A DNA stretch of 64,000 nt, taken from NCBI GenBank assembly GCA_965645245.1, contig OZ287075.1, positions 1,550,001 through 1,614,000 on the forward strand, read 5' to 3'. The notes under the pieces are model-generated. The model did not search any database, was not told where the DNA came from, and worked only from the letters and a program-made list of their open reading frames with translations. The stretch is from Massalongia carnosa (Eukaryota). Both the position numbers and the translations under genes were made by a program. Of the stretch, positions 36,247-49,849 are shown in pieces. Every line of letters begins with the position of its first letter. Within the stretch, counting starts at the first letter, position 1.

Positions 36247-39109
36247 CCCAGCCAGACGCGAAGATAGGCTCTTCTTTTTCTTTAAAAAAGGAGTAACCTA
36301 GTTAGTGCAGCAATGCCGTTGGGGATGGCCTGTTGATACCAACATCGATAATCCCACGTTGCGCCACGCCAAAACTCCTTCGCTGTCTATTTTAAGTGTC
36401 ATAGATTCGCTCACCAGAAGAATCTAAATATTGCAAGATTATGGGATCTTCAACCGATTTAATATCACCTGAGTATTATATTGTTTGAATAGCGAAAGCG
36501 GTGCCACATATAGAAGGGCTAAAGCTACCAATAATGGGAGAACATTTTCGTAGCATGAGAGCTCCGGTATAGTCCGTATTTGTTTAATTCTAACCGTCGT
36601 TAAAGAGGCGCGATCTTATTATAGAGCCATCAATGGCAAGCCCCTGGATATATAGAACAGCCAGTAAGGTGCAAATTAGCGATATTGACGACGACACTTT
36701 CGATTTATTAAGACTTTACGACTCTAAAAGGAGCTCGTATCCAATCTTTTTCAGGATATTGTTTCTGTCGATACGAAACCTCACAATCTCATCTCCTTCA
36801 GCCGTTCCAACACCGCCCTTCCCCCCCGGGGGTAACCCCCCTTTTATCAACGATTCCACTCTCTCCTTTTCTCTCATCCAATCCCCACCCAAAAAAAACT
36901 TTTTTGGAGAAGGTAAACCACACAACTCTCGTTCAATTCATCCATTCCAGTCTCCAAATGCAAAACCCTTAAGGTGTTCCCCCCTAAAAAACAAAGGAAG
37001 GAAAAAAAAAACCATTATTAATCACTAAAAGGGCTTCGCCAATAGCGAGCGTAAGCGAGAAAGCGGAGAAAACAGATTCATATGTACAGTACCCGTTTTT
37101 GATCAGGTTGGATGGGTAGGGAGGGGGGTTGAGAGAGATGAATTAGATTGGTGTATATATGTAGGTAGGCGTGGGTATGTAGGAGACTTCCACAAACGGG
37201 CGATTTCCCATTCGCTTCTATCCCCCTAGTTTCATAGAAGTATGGTATGGAGTAGATAACAAATACTCTAAAATTTCTCGTTTACGAAATAAAGAGAGGG
37301 AGTTTTTCGCTGGGGTGTATGTAACAATAAAACCTGCAATGGCATTTAAATCGTCTGTTATGAAATTGGGGGGGGGGGTGTTACAGAGCTTTTTTTTTTG
37401 CATGGGATTTAGAAATGGTCGAGTTTTCCAAGTTGGAGGAGGCGGTTTTACGGTTCAAAGATACCCCTAGGTATGGGAAGCAACTTCCGAGTTGGGGGGG
37501 GGGAAGTCACGGATTTTCCAAGCTTAGGATCGATAAGAGTTCAAGTCTTTTTGTTTGGCTATAGAATATTTAAGCGATAGTACTACTTTTTGAGTGTAAA
37601 TACTAACTAGGGCAAAGTGAAAAACACAAGCTGCAGGAAAGTACCTTGTTCCGCACTCTTCGACGGAGAGACCGTTCGTAACGAAAATAAAGAAATTCAA
37701 AGGGATCGAGCTTTGACAAAATAAAAATTACCAAAGGACCAGTGCTAACAGGAATCGAACATTATGATGATAAATGAAACCGGCCCACTACCTGATGTTT
37801 TATTATTCCAAGCCCTTTACGGATGTAGGATTGGTGAGGATTTTTTAGTTTCCATGGGCTTGTTATATTTCCGAGCTAGGGGTTTTCTTGGATCTGGAAT
37901 CAAACCAAAAAAACATAAAATTGACTTTTTTGTAAGGGTGGGTCCCAGAAGATGGGTTGCTAGTCGGTTTGAGGTACCGAGATGTGAAATGTTGTTCCAT
38001 GGAAGTATTTTGGCCAACGGTCTTGAGATTTTGTAATCTCGTGGGCTTGCTGCGCCATGGTTCAATGATTGGAGTGAAGATCATCACATTATAGTTGAAA
38101 AAGAAGCCCAGTATGCTAGCTTTTCCGTTGCGCATCAGACCGAAATTTCCTCCATGTTTCGGCAGGTGCAGCGTTCATTTTCGATCTATTCTCGTTGGTG
38201 GAAACATGCTCCTATCCACCCATAAGAAGTCAAGGGTCGTAAAGATGAGGAAAATATTACTCAACGTTCATGCCAAGCCCCAAGATTATAGGTTTCTTTC
38301 GTGGACGAAGGGAATTCGAGATCTCGGGCTATTTCACGATATCTTAGGCTTCCTCATAAAACTGATTTCCAACAAAGAAGCAGATCTTTGGAAAACACCT
38401 AGATTCAAATGAGAACATCAGCTTTCTATTCTCCGTTAGATAAAAATATGAGATCCTTAACTCATTTGCTCGTAAAACCCATCTGATGTCCGCAAAAGCC
38501 TTTTCGAACCTTGGGAATAGGTCCCGGTTGCAGATTATTTTAGAGCTCAAGGTCACATAGAAGCAGATTTGGTAGGAATCTCTTAGAGGATCAGCAAATA
38601 TTGGTCCCAAGACTTGCGCAAGGCCATTGGTTCATACAATGCTGCAATGGACTTCGATCTCGAGGTACAGATAGCTCTCCTTGAGATCTGAGGCTTCGTG
38701 CAGAGATATGAAGCTGGCGTGAAGCCAGAACGCACAAGCAAGCAGGCAGTCAAACATCTGACCACTTTATGCCTTGTCTTATACACGATGGGTCGACTTA
38801 AGGTCAAGGGAATGCGTCATCGCACAGACGAGGTAGTAATGCGAGGCTAGAAAGACGCTGGAGACTGCAGAAACTTCCGCGTCGTTTTAATCAAGTATTC
38901 CCTGCGCTCTAATCAGCAACATCGTGTGGTTGGAGCACAACGGTTTCTTGTGCTGCCAGCATGTTGGCTCGAGAGGTCTCGTGAAGGTTCCGTATGCAAT
39001 GGTTATAGGTTGGTACTCGGTTGGTAAGAAAGGTAGGTAAGGTAGGTGTAGGCATCCAACATTTTTTGCTTTTACGTTGACTTGATCGGATTGACGTTAG
39101 CGGTTTAGG

Positions 39110-39277
39110 GTTTCGAGGGCGGCCGCGATAACTCTGTGTACGACGCCTCCGCATCCGTCTTGGCGCTTGGCAGAATGGATCTGTGAGTTTCGAGGGCGGC
39201 CGCGGTAACTCTGTGTACATAGTACGACGCCTCCGCATCCGTCTTGGCGCTTGGCAGAATGGATCAGTGGGTTTCGA
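39110..39277. repeat. Tandem duplication of a 77-84 bp unit (2 full copies plus a partial third)
   Basis: GTTTCGAGGGCGGCCGCG...GTACGACGCCTCCGCATCCGTCTTGGCGCTTGGCAGAATGGATC repeats at 39110 and 39187. The second copy has a 7-nt insertion, and GTTTCGA recurs at 39271. Confidence 0.9.
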
Positions 39278-42200
39278 TGACGCCTTTTTTTTTTACAGAG
39301 TAGTTCGTTCGTCCTTGATCCGTGAGTGGGTCGGATGTTCCCATCCACCGCTACGATTACTCACTAGGAAGAAAGTATCTCCCATCTCCGGGGTTGCGTG
39401 CCGGGGTTGCGTGGCTGCACAACCCTAGATGACCGATAATCGGTGAGAGAGAGAAGAGGTCCTTCAGCTGACGCTCAGCTGCTAGTTTTTCAGCCCTCCG
39501 ATGTTGGTCGGAAACCACCCCCGAGGAGTCCTCCGAGTCCATTGCCAGTGGTGACCGCTGATGTCATCAATAAGATCGCCAAGCTCAGCCAAGTCACCAA
39601 GTAGGGGAATTGCGCGTATTTTGCGAGTTCTGGAAAAGTCGGTGCAGACAAAGATCAACCAGGTGTGGGTGGGACACGGCGCTTGTGTTATCTTTGGAGG
39701 CTGTACTTTGTACTCTTTACTCGGGGCAAAGTATAGAGTATGTACATGGGGTCTACTCCGTACCCGGCGTCATGAAACGGAGAACAATCAATGACATCTC
39801 CAGAAGAAACGGTGGAGGGTTGAGGTTTTTCTGAGAATAGCGATTCCAGGAATCCTTATCGTTTTGACAAGGCGGAGGGGCAAACTAGACGAGTTCCAAC
39901 ACAGCAGATGGGCTTTCCTTACCCATGTACAGAGTACTCGGACTCGTGGTAATGGAATTGTTCATTGTCCACTCCGTAGCGCGCATTTCAAATCAACGGA
40001 GCCTCAGAGCATGTGAAGCGATGCGAGAACAAGGCACGCTGCATTGAATGGGAGGAAGAAAGGTACATTAGCGAGTCGGATCGCAACAGCCTTGACATGG
40101 TCCTGGTAGTACGGAGTGCCTAGTTAAGTTAACGGCCCTTTTTCGCCATTGAGCGAATTAACGAGCCCCTTGACGGTGCAACGTATCCACTTCACTGTCG
40201 GAATGGATCGATGATTGATCGACGGAGGAAACGCATGAAGGGGTGGAACCAACACGAGGACGGTTTTGCATGTTCCTTGTGTGGGAGATATTGGCGACTT
40301 TCCGCATGAGAACTAGCTGGCTACGGGAGCATGAAGCACATGGAGACATTGATGCCATACTCGGTGCTGGTGGGAACCCCCACGTTCCTCGATTACTGGC
40401 TGCCTTGTCCTTTCTCTGCAAAGCGCTCGAGCCTCTTCATGCCTCAAGTGACCGCTCACACGATACATCACCTTTTTAAGTCTGGTGCAGTTTCTGGGGA
40501 GCAGTGGAGGGTTTAGGTTTGCTTGCAGATTGTGGGTGTGTATTGGTGGACGGTACGCATGCTGATTCCACCTTAGGACGTGGGGAACATACAGGGGAGG
40601 GATGCAAGTCAAATGCCCGTGTCAGGGTTGTTCTCCAACCTTTGGTCTCCCGGGGATTGTTCGTGTAACACCACATCTCAATCTCAGAGAATCATGACTC
40701 CGAGGAGCATGGCTAGACCGGGAGATGGATAAGTGTTGAAGAGGATTCGGGACATGGGAATGGAATGGGAAGAGGAGGAGGAAGGTCGGCGCATTGTTTG
40801 TCGATACAGAGGCGTATACCGAGTACGGGGCATACATAGCAGAGTCGAGTACAGAAGAGGTACAGCATTCAGACGACTCCAGACCGAATGGCTCGACACT
40901 CGCCATTAAACCGTCATTCTCCGCAGCGCGTCGGCGGAATGTCATGACGCTTGCAACAATGCGTGAGAGTCGGATCTCTGTCTCGTCGTCATATATAGTC
41001 TTGGCTGTGCTGGTTGAGTCCGACGTTCTCCACTATAAAGTCTTGGAAGTGTCCCGACGAAACCGACGGTGTGGTGATGAGGGGAGACTGACGTCCTCGG
41101 TACGGGAGTACATCTGTAATGAGCCAAGAGGAATTAAAGTGACAACCCGCTGGAATAGGAAAAAACCGTGTTAATGCACAGGGAATTTAATGCCGCAAGC
41201 GATACTGACCGATCCATGGTACGAATTTGTGTCTTAAAACTCTATAATCATCCTAGCCCGCCGAGACGATGGCCTCTCACCACCCTCCAGCCTCCTACTT
41301 ATACCCCCACTAACTCTTTTCATTCTTCTAAATTACAGAGTACCTGCCAATTTAAATCCTCTCTTCACCACTCGTCAGCCGAAAGAAGGAACTGGGCCCC
41401 CACCATTCCTCGGTCCTTGTGTCCTTGCGTTTAATCGGACAACCCTTTTCGTCCCCCATCAACCGCTAAAATTACAAACCATCAAATACAGAATACCACC
41501 CCCCCCCAAAGCTGATTGTAGCCCGCTTTCGGTGCCCCGCGTTGCGGAAGGTGCTCATTGCCTGTCCCCTGAAAATGGCCGAAGACACGACGGCCGCTTC
41601 GTCGCCTTGACAGAGCCATGTTGAATGTCCACTGGCAATCGATACAGATACAGATACGGATACTGAGTCCAGCGTCCTCCGTGTAGCTGATCCAAATACA
41701 CCACCTGCATCGGTCTCACCATTGATTGTGACCTGGAAACCTCTGTTGCCGCCGCTTGCACTTTCCCTGACCTGCCAGCATCCCACGTCACTCACCCCCT
41801 CTGGGTACTCCGTACCTACTCTTGTACTCTGTACCTACTCGTACGATCTACTCCATGCTAATTAACCAACCTAATAAAGATCCTCGTCAGTCTTAGTTGG
41901 CTTTCACAATCTGAATCTTCCCCCCCACCCCCGTTTTTCGTTCGTACACTGAGCGAACGCCTACCTTCATTTCGCCGCTAGCGCTTAGGTGAAAAGGTGC
42001 GAATCGTGGACGTATTACTCCTGCATTTTACGTTGGTTCGGGTTGATAATCATTCGGTGGATCTTTACGTGATCCAGCCAAAGAGCGCTTGTGACCCTCC
42101 CACATCTTTCTCCTTCATACCATTTCTTGTTCAATCTTGAGGGAACGTTGAAAGTTGGGGGGATCGACTTTGCAACATCACGAAGATTCTGGTGGATGTG

Positions 42201-42299
42201 GTAGATTCGGGAAACTTGCAGCGAGTTGGGAAGGCCGAGGAATTCAAGGTCCTGCTGCCCGTTAACGTCTACTCACCTCTAGCTCGTGTCTATCCGATC

Positions 42300-44377
42300 A
42301 TGGCGCCTGCACGGGAAGCAATTGGCACCGGGCCGGGCTCATTGCTTCGAAGTGTCGAACAGTTGAACATTTTTTCTCCTCAGCCGCTCAAGGAGACGCC
42401 CCCATCATCACCTCTCGAGGCTCCTCATCCATCGACTGACGTTAGAGGTCTTGACCAGCATTATTCGATTCCCGAAGAAGATGAGGACGAGACATGTAGC
42501 GAGCCCACGGAGGCCGTTACCCCTACAAGCGATTTAAACCCTCATGATGGCTTCTCGCATGTCAACGGGAACGGCCTTGCCCACATCATCACCCCTCAAA
42601 AACCTCTCCAGGTGAACACCACAACACCACGTCAGAACCCTTCACCTCCGACACCGACGCATCATGCTCCTCCTGCAGCAACGCCTACTGCTAGGCCTCC
42701 TTCTCCCAAACGAACGAGGTCGAAAATAAAAGGCTTTTTTCAACGACGCTCGAGTTCGCTGGCAGAGAACAAAATAGACGCCACTTCCAATCCGCCAGGG
42801 AGCTCGAACGATTCGATGCCAGGTACCCTAACCCAACCACCTCGTAAGCATTCGATTTCGAAATCCGCCGATCACTCCACGACACCATCGCAAGCAAGCT
42901 CCCCTCCTTCTCCTGGGTCTCCTACAAGCACATTGGATGGGTTCGGCGAGCAGCAGCAGGCGAGACCATCGCTCCGAGCAGCCAATAGGTCATCGACTGG
43001 CTTGAGTCTCAAGAGGCCGAGAATAATGTTTTCAAACACACCAAGGCCGATGCTGTCGGAAAAACAGCGAACAAACAGCATGAGCCACATCGCTACGATG
43101 GAACCAGACAATTTCATCTCGATGCCTGCAGCCACGGGTGTGGGCTTGAAGTCGAGGAGATTGAGCACCACCCTTCCCGACGACTTTGACGTCGATACCG
43201 TCGAGTTGCATGAGGAGTATACCAGCGGAAGTCTCCTCCCGGGCAAGCGAGGCAAACTCGTGGGCAAGGGGTCGACCGCGACTGTCAAACTCATGACCCG
43301 AAAAGGAGGACCGTCGGATGAAGTATTTGCCGTGAAAGAGTTTCGGAAACGAGGCCAAAAGGAGAACGAGGATGAGTATGTGAAGAAGGTTAAGTCGGAA
43401 TACAGCATTGCGAAAAGCTTGCATCATCCCAACATTGTTGAAAGCGTACGGTTGTGCACTCACAATGGGCGTTGGAATCATGTCATGGAGTTTTGCCCTC
43501 AAGGGGAGATTTTTACCCTGGTGCAGAAAAAGTACCTCTCGTTGGAAGACAACCTCTGTCTGTTCAAACAGTTACTTCGCGGCGTATCATACCTGCATAG
43601 CCATGGCATCGCTCACCGAGATATCAAGCTCGAGAACCTGCTCATGACCGACCAAGGTCATCTCAAGATCACCGACTTTGGGGTGTCGGAAGTCTTCTGC
43701 GGAGCGCATCCGGGCCTACGCAGCGCGCAGGGCAAGTGCGGAAAAGACATGAAAGAGTGCCGCCTTTGTGCGCCGGGCATCTGTGGCAGTCTTCCGTACA
43801 TCGCCCCCGAAGTCTTCGACAAGAAAGGTAAGCTTCGGTTTCATGGCTTGCAGGGTCATGCTGACCGGTGAAACCAGGCGACTATGATCCTCGCCCTCTT
43901 GATGTTTGGTCATGCGCTATTGTCTTGCTCTGCATGATCCATAAGGGGAATCCCTGGCCTTCGGCCGACAGAAGCCACCCGCACGGGAATTTTTCCAAAT
44001 TCCTTGCCGGTTGGGACAGATTCCTCGAAGCCTATCCGGAAGGTCGCGTTACCGATAGTGAGGTCCCGGTCTGCGGACCCATATTCTCCAATCTCTCCAA
44101 ACCGGTGCTGAGGAACTTGCTATTGAAAATGTTGCACCCAGACCCCATGAAGCGAATTTCGATCCAGGATGCCGTCAAGGATCGCTGGGTCAAACAGATT
44201 GACTGCTGTTGCATGGAGGATTACGGCACCGAGATCCTGGCCGCCATCGACGCCACGAGCAAGAGCAGCTGCAAGCTTGCCGCCAAGATGAGCATTAAGA
44301 AATCGCACCACCACCTGCCGCAAAAGGAAAGCAAGATCCCCCAGCATCGCTTTGACATGGGCCACGGATGGTCTTGA
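42300..44377 (+). CDS. Ser/Thr protein kinase of the fungal HAL/NPR/PTK family; intron 43828-43877
   Basis: GKGSTATV, FAVKEFRK, KKVKSEYSIAKSLHHPNIV, HRDIKLEN, DFG, GSLPYIAPE and DVWS. Long S/P-rich N-terminus. Confidence 0.93.
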
Positions 44378-45180
44378 AGTATTTGAGGATGGGAACTTTG
44401 CCGTCATGGCACCAAGAAATGTCGTTTGTTCTTTACATTTGGTTATTGCAGGTTGTGTTCTGACTGAAAATTCGAAGGCTGAAGCGATTTGGCGTTGGTG
44501 ACCGGATTTGCGGGGTCTCGCAAGGCTGCCTGCTATTTTCACCAAAACATGCGCTAGTTCTCATGATTGGTGCTCCGGTGTTTCTCTTTACTGGGTTGGC
44601 TTGCTGTTAATGGGAGTTGACGGGCTGGTGAACCCATAAGTCGTTAGACACGAGCTTTGGGGAATTGGGAGAATGGGGCGCTGGAGATTGTATACAGAAG
44701 GAAGGCTGTGTGCTCACGCATGTTGCTTGGATTCAATACAAAGAATGAAAACTATGTTGTTACCTACGAAGTTCGCAAGGTTTCTTTTTCTTTTTCTTTC
44801 TCTTCCTCTTTCTTTTGATTTGATTTGATTATTCTTACGAAGGCCGGCCCATGCGGGAGATGCTATATAAGCTATGTACTAAATAGAAAACCCAAAGGTG
44901 TCGGCTTCATCGGGGGTTCGCCGCTCCCGCGGATTGATTCCTGTATCTCGAAAGTCTGCGATACCTGTTTTTCAAACTGAAGAGAGCCTGCCCGGCTGCT
45001 GTTCAAGCAGTTGCGTGGCAATGGAATACTGTGTTAAAAATACCTGTGCGCATGAGCCACGCAGTTACTACTTTGAGAGCTTTGGGTTCGGTGATTAGCT
45101 TGCGGTAGTCTGACGATCCTCTTTTCTTTTGATTGTTTCGTTTTTATTATTATCTTAATCTCATAAAGCGGGATCTCAGC

Positions 45181-46180
45181 TTTGCATGTGTGTGTGTGTA
45201 GAGTCACGCTATGCTGGAGCTGGGGTGGGGTGTTGGGTAGATAGATATGTAAATAGGTAGTAAATAGATATGCATGGATTTTCTCTCATCATCATCATCG
45301 TCGTCGTTGTGGTCGTCGTCGTCGTCACTATCACGCCACCATGTCAATCCCTTCCTCTCATCATCACCATCACCATCACCATCACCACCACCAGTCCAGT
45401 CCAGTCAGCTTAGTATCTAGGTTTTGATTCCAGGTTCAGGGAACGCTGGGTGATCGAGTCGGGTTAATACATACATACATACATACATACATAGTTAATT
45501 AACCCTCTTCATCTCTCTCCCCCTCCGTCTTATAATTTATAATTTTCTTTTAAACGTATTATTTGTGTTTATTTTTTGTGTGCGAGAGAGAGAGAAATAA
45601 GAAGGAAGACGAAGGAAATATCCTACCTGTCTCACACACACACACACACACACCTCATCCTTTTCCCGGACTTCCCCCCTTTATATACTATCTCCCTTCC
45701 TCCTCGTACTTTTCATCATCTTTTCATTTCCCCCCCCCCAAAACCATCATGATAGTGATGAGATAGAAGAATGAGGAACTGAGAGAGAGAGAGAGAGATA
45801 TATATATATGACATATACTAATTATTATTATATCCCTCCTGCTACTCGATCGAAGTCGCTGAATCGAACTGAACCGAATGAAGAAAAGGAGGACAAACTG
45901 AATGAATGTACGAAACAGATAACGATGATATCCGCTCTCTCCCCTTCCTTCCCTCTCCTCACTAACGAAAGCTAGACAGGAACGCCCAACACCCAAAATC
46001 AATCAACTCCTCCTCTTTCCCCATTCGACGTCAATTCTTTCTCCTAGGGGGAGCCCCGGCGGGGGGGGGGGACTCGTCAGGTTTCCACGACACGACGATC
46101 CTCGTTGGCAAAGAATATATATATAAAATAAAGAAGCAGTAGCTTATGTTTTTTTAAACCCCCCCCCCCCCCCCCCCAAC
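45181..46180. repeat. Microsatellite- and homopolymer-dense spacer between the convergent kinase and SSK1 genes
   Basis: (TG)n, (CAT)n, (CGT)n, (CACCAT)n, (CAGTC)n, (TACA)n, (AG)n, (CA)n and (AT)n tracts. Poly-G near 46061 and poly-C near 46159. Confidence 0.85.
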
Positions 46181-46368
46181 TCCGCCTTAGAATAGATAGT
46201 TAACACCATCGCTTTGTGCCTAAAAAATCAAGCAAATAAAAAGGCGTGCAATGACATGTACATATGCAGCCATTAATAAGATATCCCCCTGCCCTCCATC
46301 GAAACACGCATGAACGCCGCCTTCCCTTACCCACATGCTCTGGCTCGGCGCTGGGTGCTCCATAGTTC

Positions 46369-48790
46369 TCACGCCCCAGCCACAATCGCGCCCCCCCTCC
46401 CCACATCTTTCGCACTATCTTCCACCTCACTCTCGGCCGTGCCGACAGCTCCCGTGCCCACCGTGCCCGCGCTCAACCGCTTATCCCTCCTCCCTGCCCC
46501 ACCGCCCATCATCTTACCGCCTGGCACAGTGCCGACAGCTGCCTTGCTGTTAGCAGCGCCTGCGAAGGAGCCTTTATGAACGTGACCGCTGCTGCCCGCC
46601 GCTTTCCCCCCGGAAGCCGCCGAGGGCTGGGTTTGCTGCGAGAAATCCTTCCATTTACGCCAGCCGTCGAAGTCGATGAGCGCTTGCATGCAGCCCCATT
46701 CCATGACTTTACGCTCGAGCCAGACAAAATTGACGGGCTGCGGGATGGAAATTAGTATGTGAAAGGTGGCAAGGAGCAAGGGGAAGCGTGCTGGGGTGAT
46801 GGAAGAGGATAGCGAAGATACATGCAAGAGGCAGAACGTACCTTGGTCAAGAAGTCGTTGCATCCTGCTGCCAGAGCCTCGTGCCTATCACTTTGCAGGG
46901 AACTAGCCGTCAGCGCAACGATAATGACCGGGCTCTTGAACAAGCCCGTGTTCATCAAACTATCTTCCCATTGCGGCTTTGCCTCATTCTCGGCGTTGAC
47001 GCTCCCGGGAGAAAAGGTAGGCGTGCTCGAGGCGCTGTTGGAAAAGACACCAATGTTGTTCACCCTCTCCAGTCTTCGAATTTCTTTTGTCGCCTCCAAC
47101 CCATTCATCACCGGCAACTGAATATCCATGAGCACCAGATGAAACCCGCCGGCCCGCCATTTGGTGACCGCCTCCCGCCCATTCATGGCGGTATGCCACC
47201 GCACTTTGAGTCTTTTCATGAACGCTTCAAGCAGTTTGAGGTTGATGATGTTGTCTTCGACGATAAGGACATTGATGGGAGGCACGGCGCCGTCCAGCAG
47301 CCCGGCCGGCAATCTCGGATGATCGGCTACTTTCTTAGATCGTCGGTGCGGTGGAGCTTTGGGGCGAGGTGATGAAGTCCGGGGAGGAGGGGTGGTGGCT
47401 CGGTGCGGCTGGGCATCTGAAGGAATGGGAGGCGCAGGAAGGGGCGGAGCAACCGGGACACCGTTCGGATGGGGGATTAAACTATCTTGAAGGGGGTTGA
47501 TTAGCTGGAAAGCAAGCCTGTTGTGACCATTGTCCAACGCCTACCATGATTCTGCGAAGCAGACATCCCGGTCACGATGGTGGGGGAAGAAGTGTTGGTT
47601 CGACCGTATTTGGGTCTATGCGTATGCTGTACATGCTGTATGTGCCGGGGACCACGGCTGTTGGGCGATGGAAGAGGTGGAACGTGTGCCGAGTTCAAAA
47701 TGGTGATTGAGTGCACGGGTGGGTAGTGAGATGCCGATTGGCTGCTCGTGGCGGAGAGGTTGGATGGGAGATGCGGGGAGTGTTGCCCAGCAGCTGGCAT
47801 GGGTGGAAAATATTCGGTACCGCTCTCGCCAGGGCGGACATCTTCGGCCAAGTAGTATGATGCGGCATTCCGGGGGGAATGTCTTGGGGTCCGTCGTTGA
47901 GGAACATCAATCAGCAAAGCCTCGTCTACATTCTGACCTCCCGGGAAATACGCGTCCAACGTCCGTGAGATGGGTTCTTCCGGTCCCAGAGTCCGTTCTC
48001 CTTGTGAATGTCGATGCGACTGATCCCGAGGCACGATGCGCAGGGTGACATCGGGAGCGTCGAAGCTGCGTCCTAAAGAATTGGCGTATTTCTTCAGGAT
48101 CATATCTCTCACATCATCCACCAGATCGTCTTCGTTGATCGACACCAGCGTCGCCGACGCTCCCGGCCTCTTGACCCAAATCTTCCGGTGCAGCATGTTG
48201 GCGCTAATGGTTGGAGGTCCCCCAAAATAGTCGATGTTTGAACTTCGTGACTGTGGCTTGTCGCTCTCCAGGAGGGTCTTGAGGAAGCGATTTTGACTGC
48301 TATGAGCCAACGATTGCCTTCTAGGAGCCGCGTCGGGTCGTTTCACCGCCGAATGGCCCTGGGCATTTAACTCGGATAGATTTTGTAGATTCTCCTCCAA
48401 AAGGCATGCCTCAGGGACAACCTCGGTCGAGCTACCTACCGGGTCCGGAGTCGGCGTCTCTAAGATGAGTACAGGATTATGCTGCTCCTGTGGTGTCGGG
48501 CTCGGTGTTTGGAGCCTTGTACCTGGCGTTTGCTGCAGTTCTGATTCCGCTGGTTGACTTTCTAGGGGCACGGGAGCGTTGTCGGGACGTTGCCGGATCG
48601 ATTCCTGATCGTCTTCGTAAACAGGCTCACCCAAGGACGGTTTCCTATTCTTAGGCAGTAAGAGTGAGTTCTTACTGCGGCTGCCTTTGTCTCCCGCTGG
48701 ACTGAGTGTTGACGACGGGGAAGATTGGGCGGAGGAGACGGCTGAGGTGCGGCGGAACAGCGGTTTCAGTCTCGCCCTGATGTCCGTCAT
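46369..48790 (-). CDS. SSK1: HOG-pathway response regulator Ssk1/SskA/Mcs4; introns 47486-47544 and 46738-46841
   Basis: RKIWVKRPGASATLV...LVDDVRDMILKKY block and a receiver domain (INVLIVEDNIIN, VLMDIQLP, IVALTAS, GCNDFLTK|PVNFVWLERKVMEWGCMQALIDF). Confidence 0.95.
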
Positions 48791-49349
48791 CGTGCCCGCC
48801 GAGAACGCGAGTTTCGATAGTCCGAAGCCTTTGCACAAGACGCATAATCCAACACCACCCTTTAATTAGACATGAATACGTTTCCCCGGTGTAACAACAG
48901 TAGTTTTGGGGAGGTCTGCAAATGATAGCAATGCCTTCTACCGCCGATGAGGTGCTGGTATACAATAGGGGAGGGAGGGTATGGACGGTATGGACCGGGG
49001 GGGGGGGTTGGGCTTTCCCGGTGTTTACATGAGCTTCGGCGCTGTCACGCATATTTTATAGATTCAGTAGTTACACCTGCTATGGCCTCGAGGAGCGTCG
49101 CTTCTGCCGGGGCGATTCTTGATTTTCCGCGACAATTTACGGGACATGGAATTTTGGATAAATTAAGAGTTATGATTTGAGATGGGAGCGACGGGGGGGA
49201 AGGAAGCCTTCCAATCAACGTGCATTGCATTTGTTTTGGGAACGAAAACGATACCAAAACCACTTGGCACTGACCAGGGAAAAGGAACTGGCCCGACGAG
49301 CCCAGTTCGTACCGTTACACCTGTCCCGTTTTTTTGGTTTTTTTGTTTA

Positions 49350-49441
49350 TCGGTTTTCTCGGTTTTCTCGGTTTTCTCGGTTTTTTGGTTTCTTGGGTTT
49401 TGGGTTTTGGGTTTTGGGTTTTGGGCTTTTGGGTTTTGGGT
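49350..49441 (+). repeat. Compound repeat (TCGGTTTTC)3 followed by about 7 GGGTTTT units
   Basis: Directly visible, with seven GGG runs between 49395 and 49440. Confidence 0.9.
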
Positions 49442-49849
49442 GTTGGCGGTGTGGCACCCCCTGGTGCAGATCATGCCACCCTGAAAAGAAGAAAAAATAC
49501 ACCCAGCGAGATGTTCGGGACGTGCTGACGTACCGTATCGTTCATCCGTTTCTGCAGCCAAGCCTCGGGTCATCGCTTCAAGAAAATGATAGACGGTTCG
49601 CTCCACGTACAGAATAAATAGACGTCGACTGACTGTCGATCGGGCATCAAGAATCTGCAGTCCTCGTCGACGACCTCCTTCACCTGCACCGACGCTGGAG
49701 AATACTTCCGCCCCCCCCACCCAAAACGCCCCATAGAGATGCATGGAGATGCATGGAGATGCGATGTCGCTTACGATATATGTATGCTACGCGTGAGACA
49801 CATAAGATGCCAAAAATCCTTGCCAAATGCTACAGCCGTTACGATACGT

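Noticed and set aside
39110..39277. Repeat array considered as CRISPR-like
   Set aside because: The context is eukaryotic, the units are contiguous without unique spacers, and there are no cas genes.
49163..49744. ORFs of 100-193 aa upstream of SSK1
   Set aside because: They are open only because of stop-free simple repeats, and the translations are repeat-derived.
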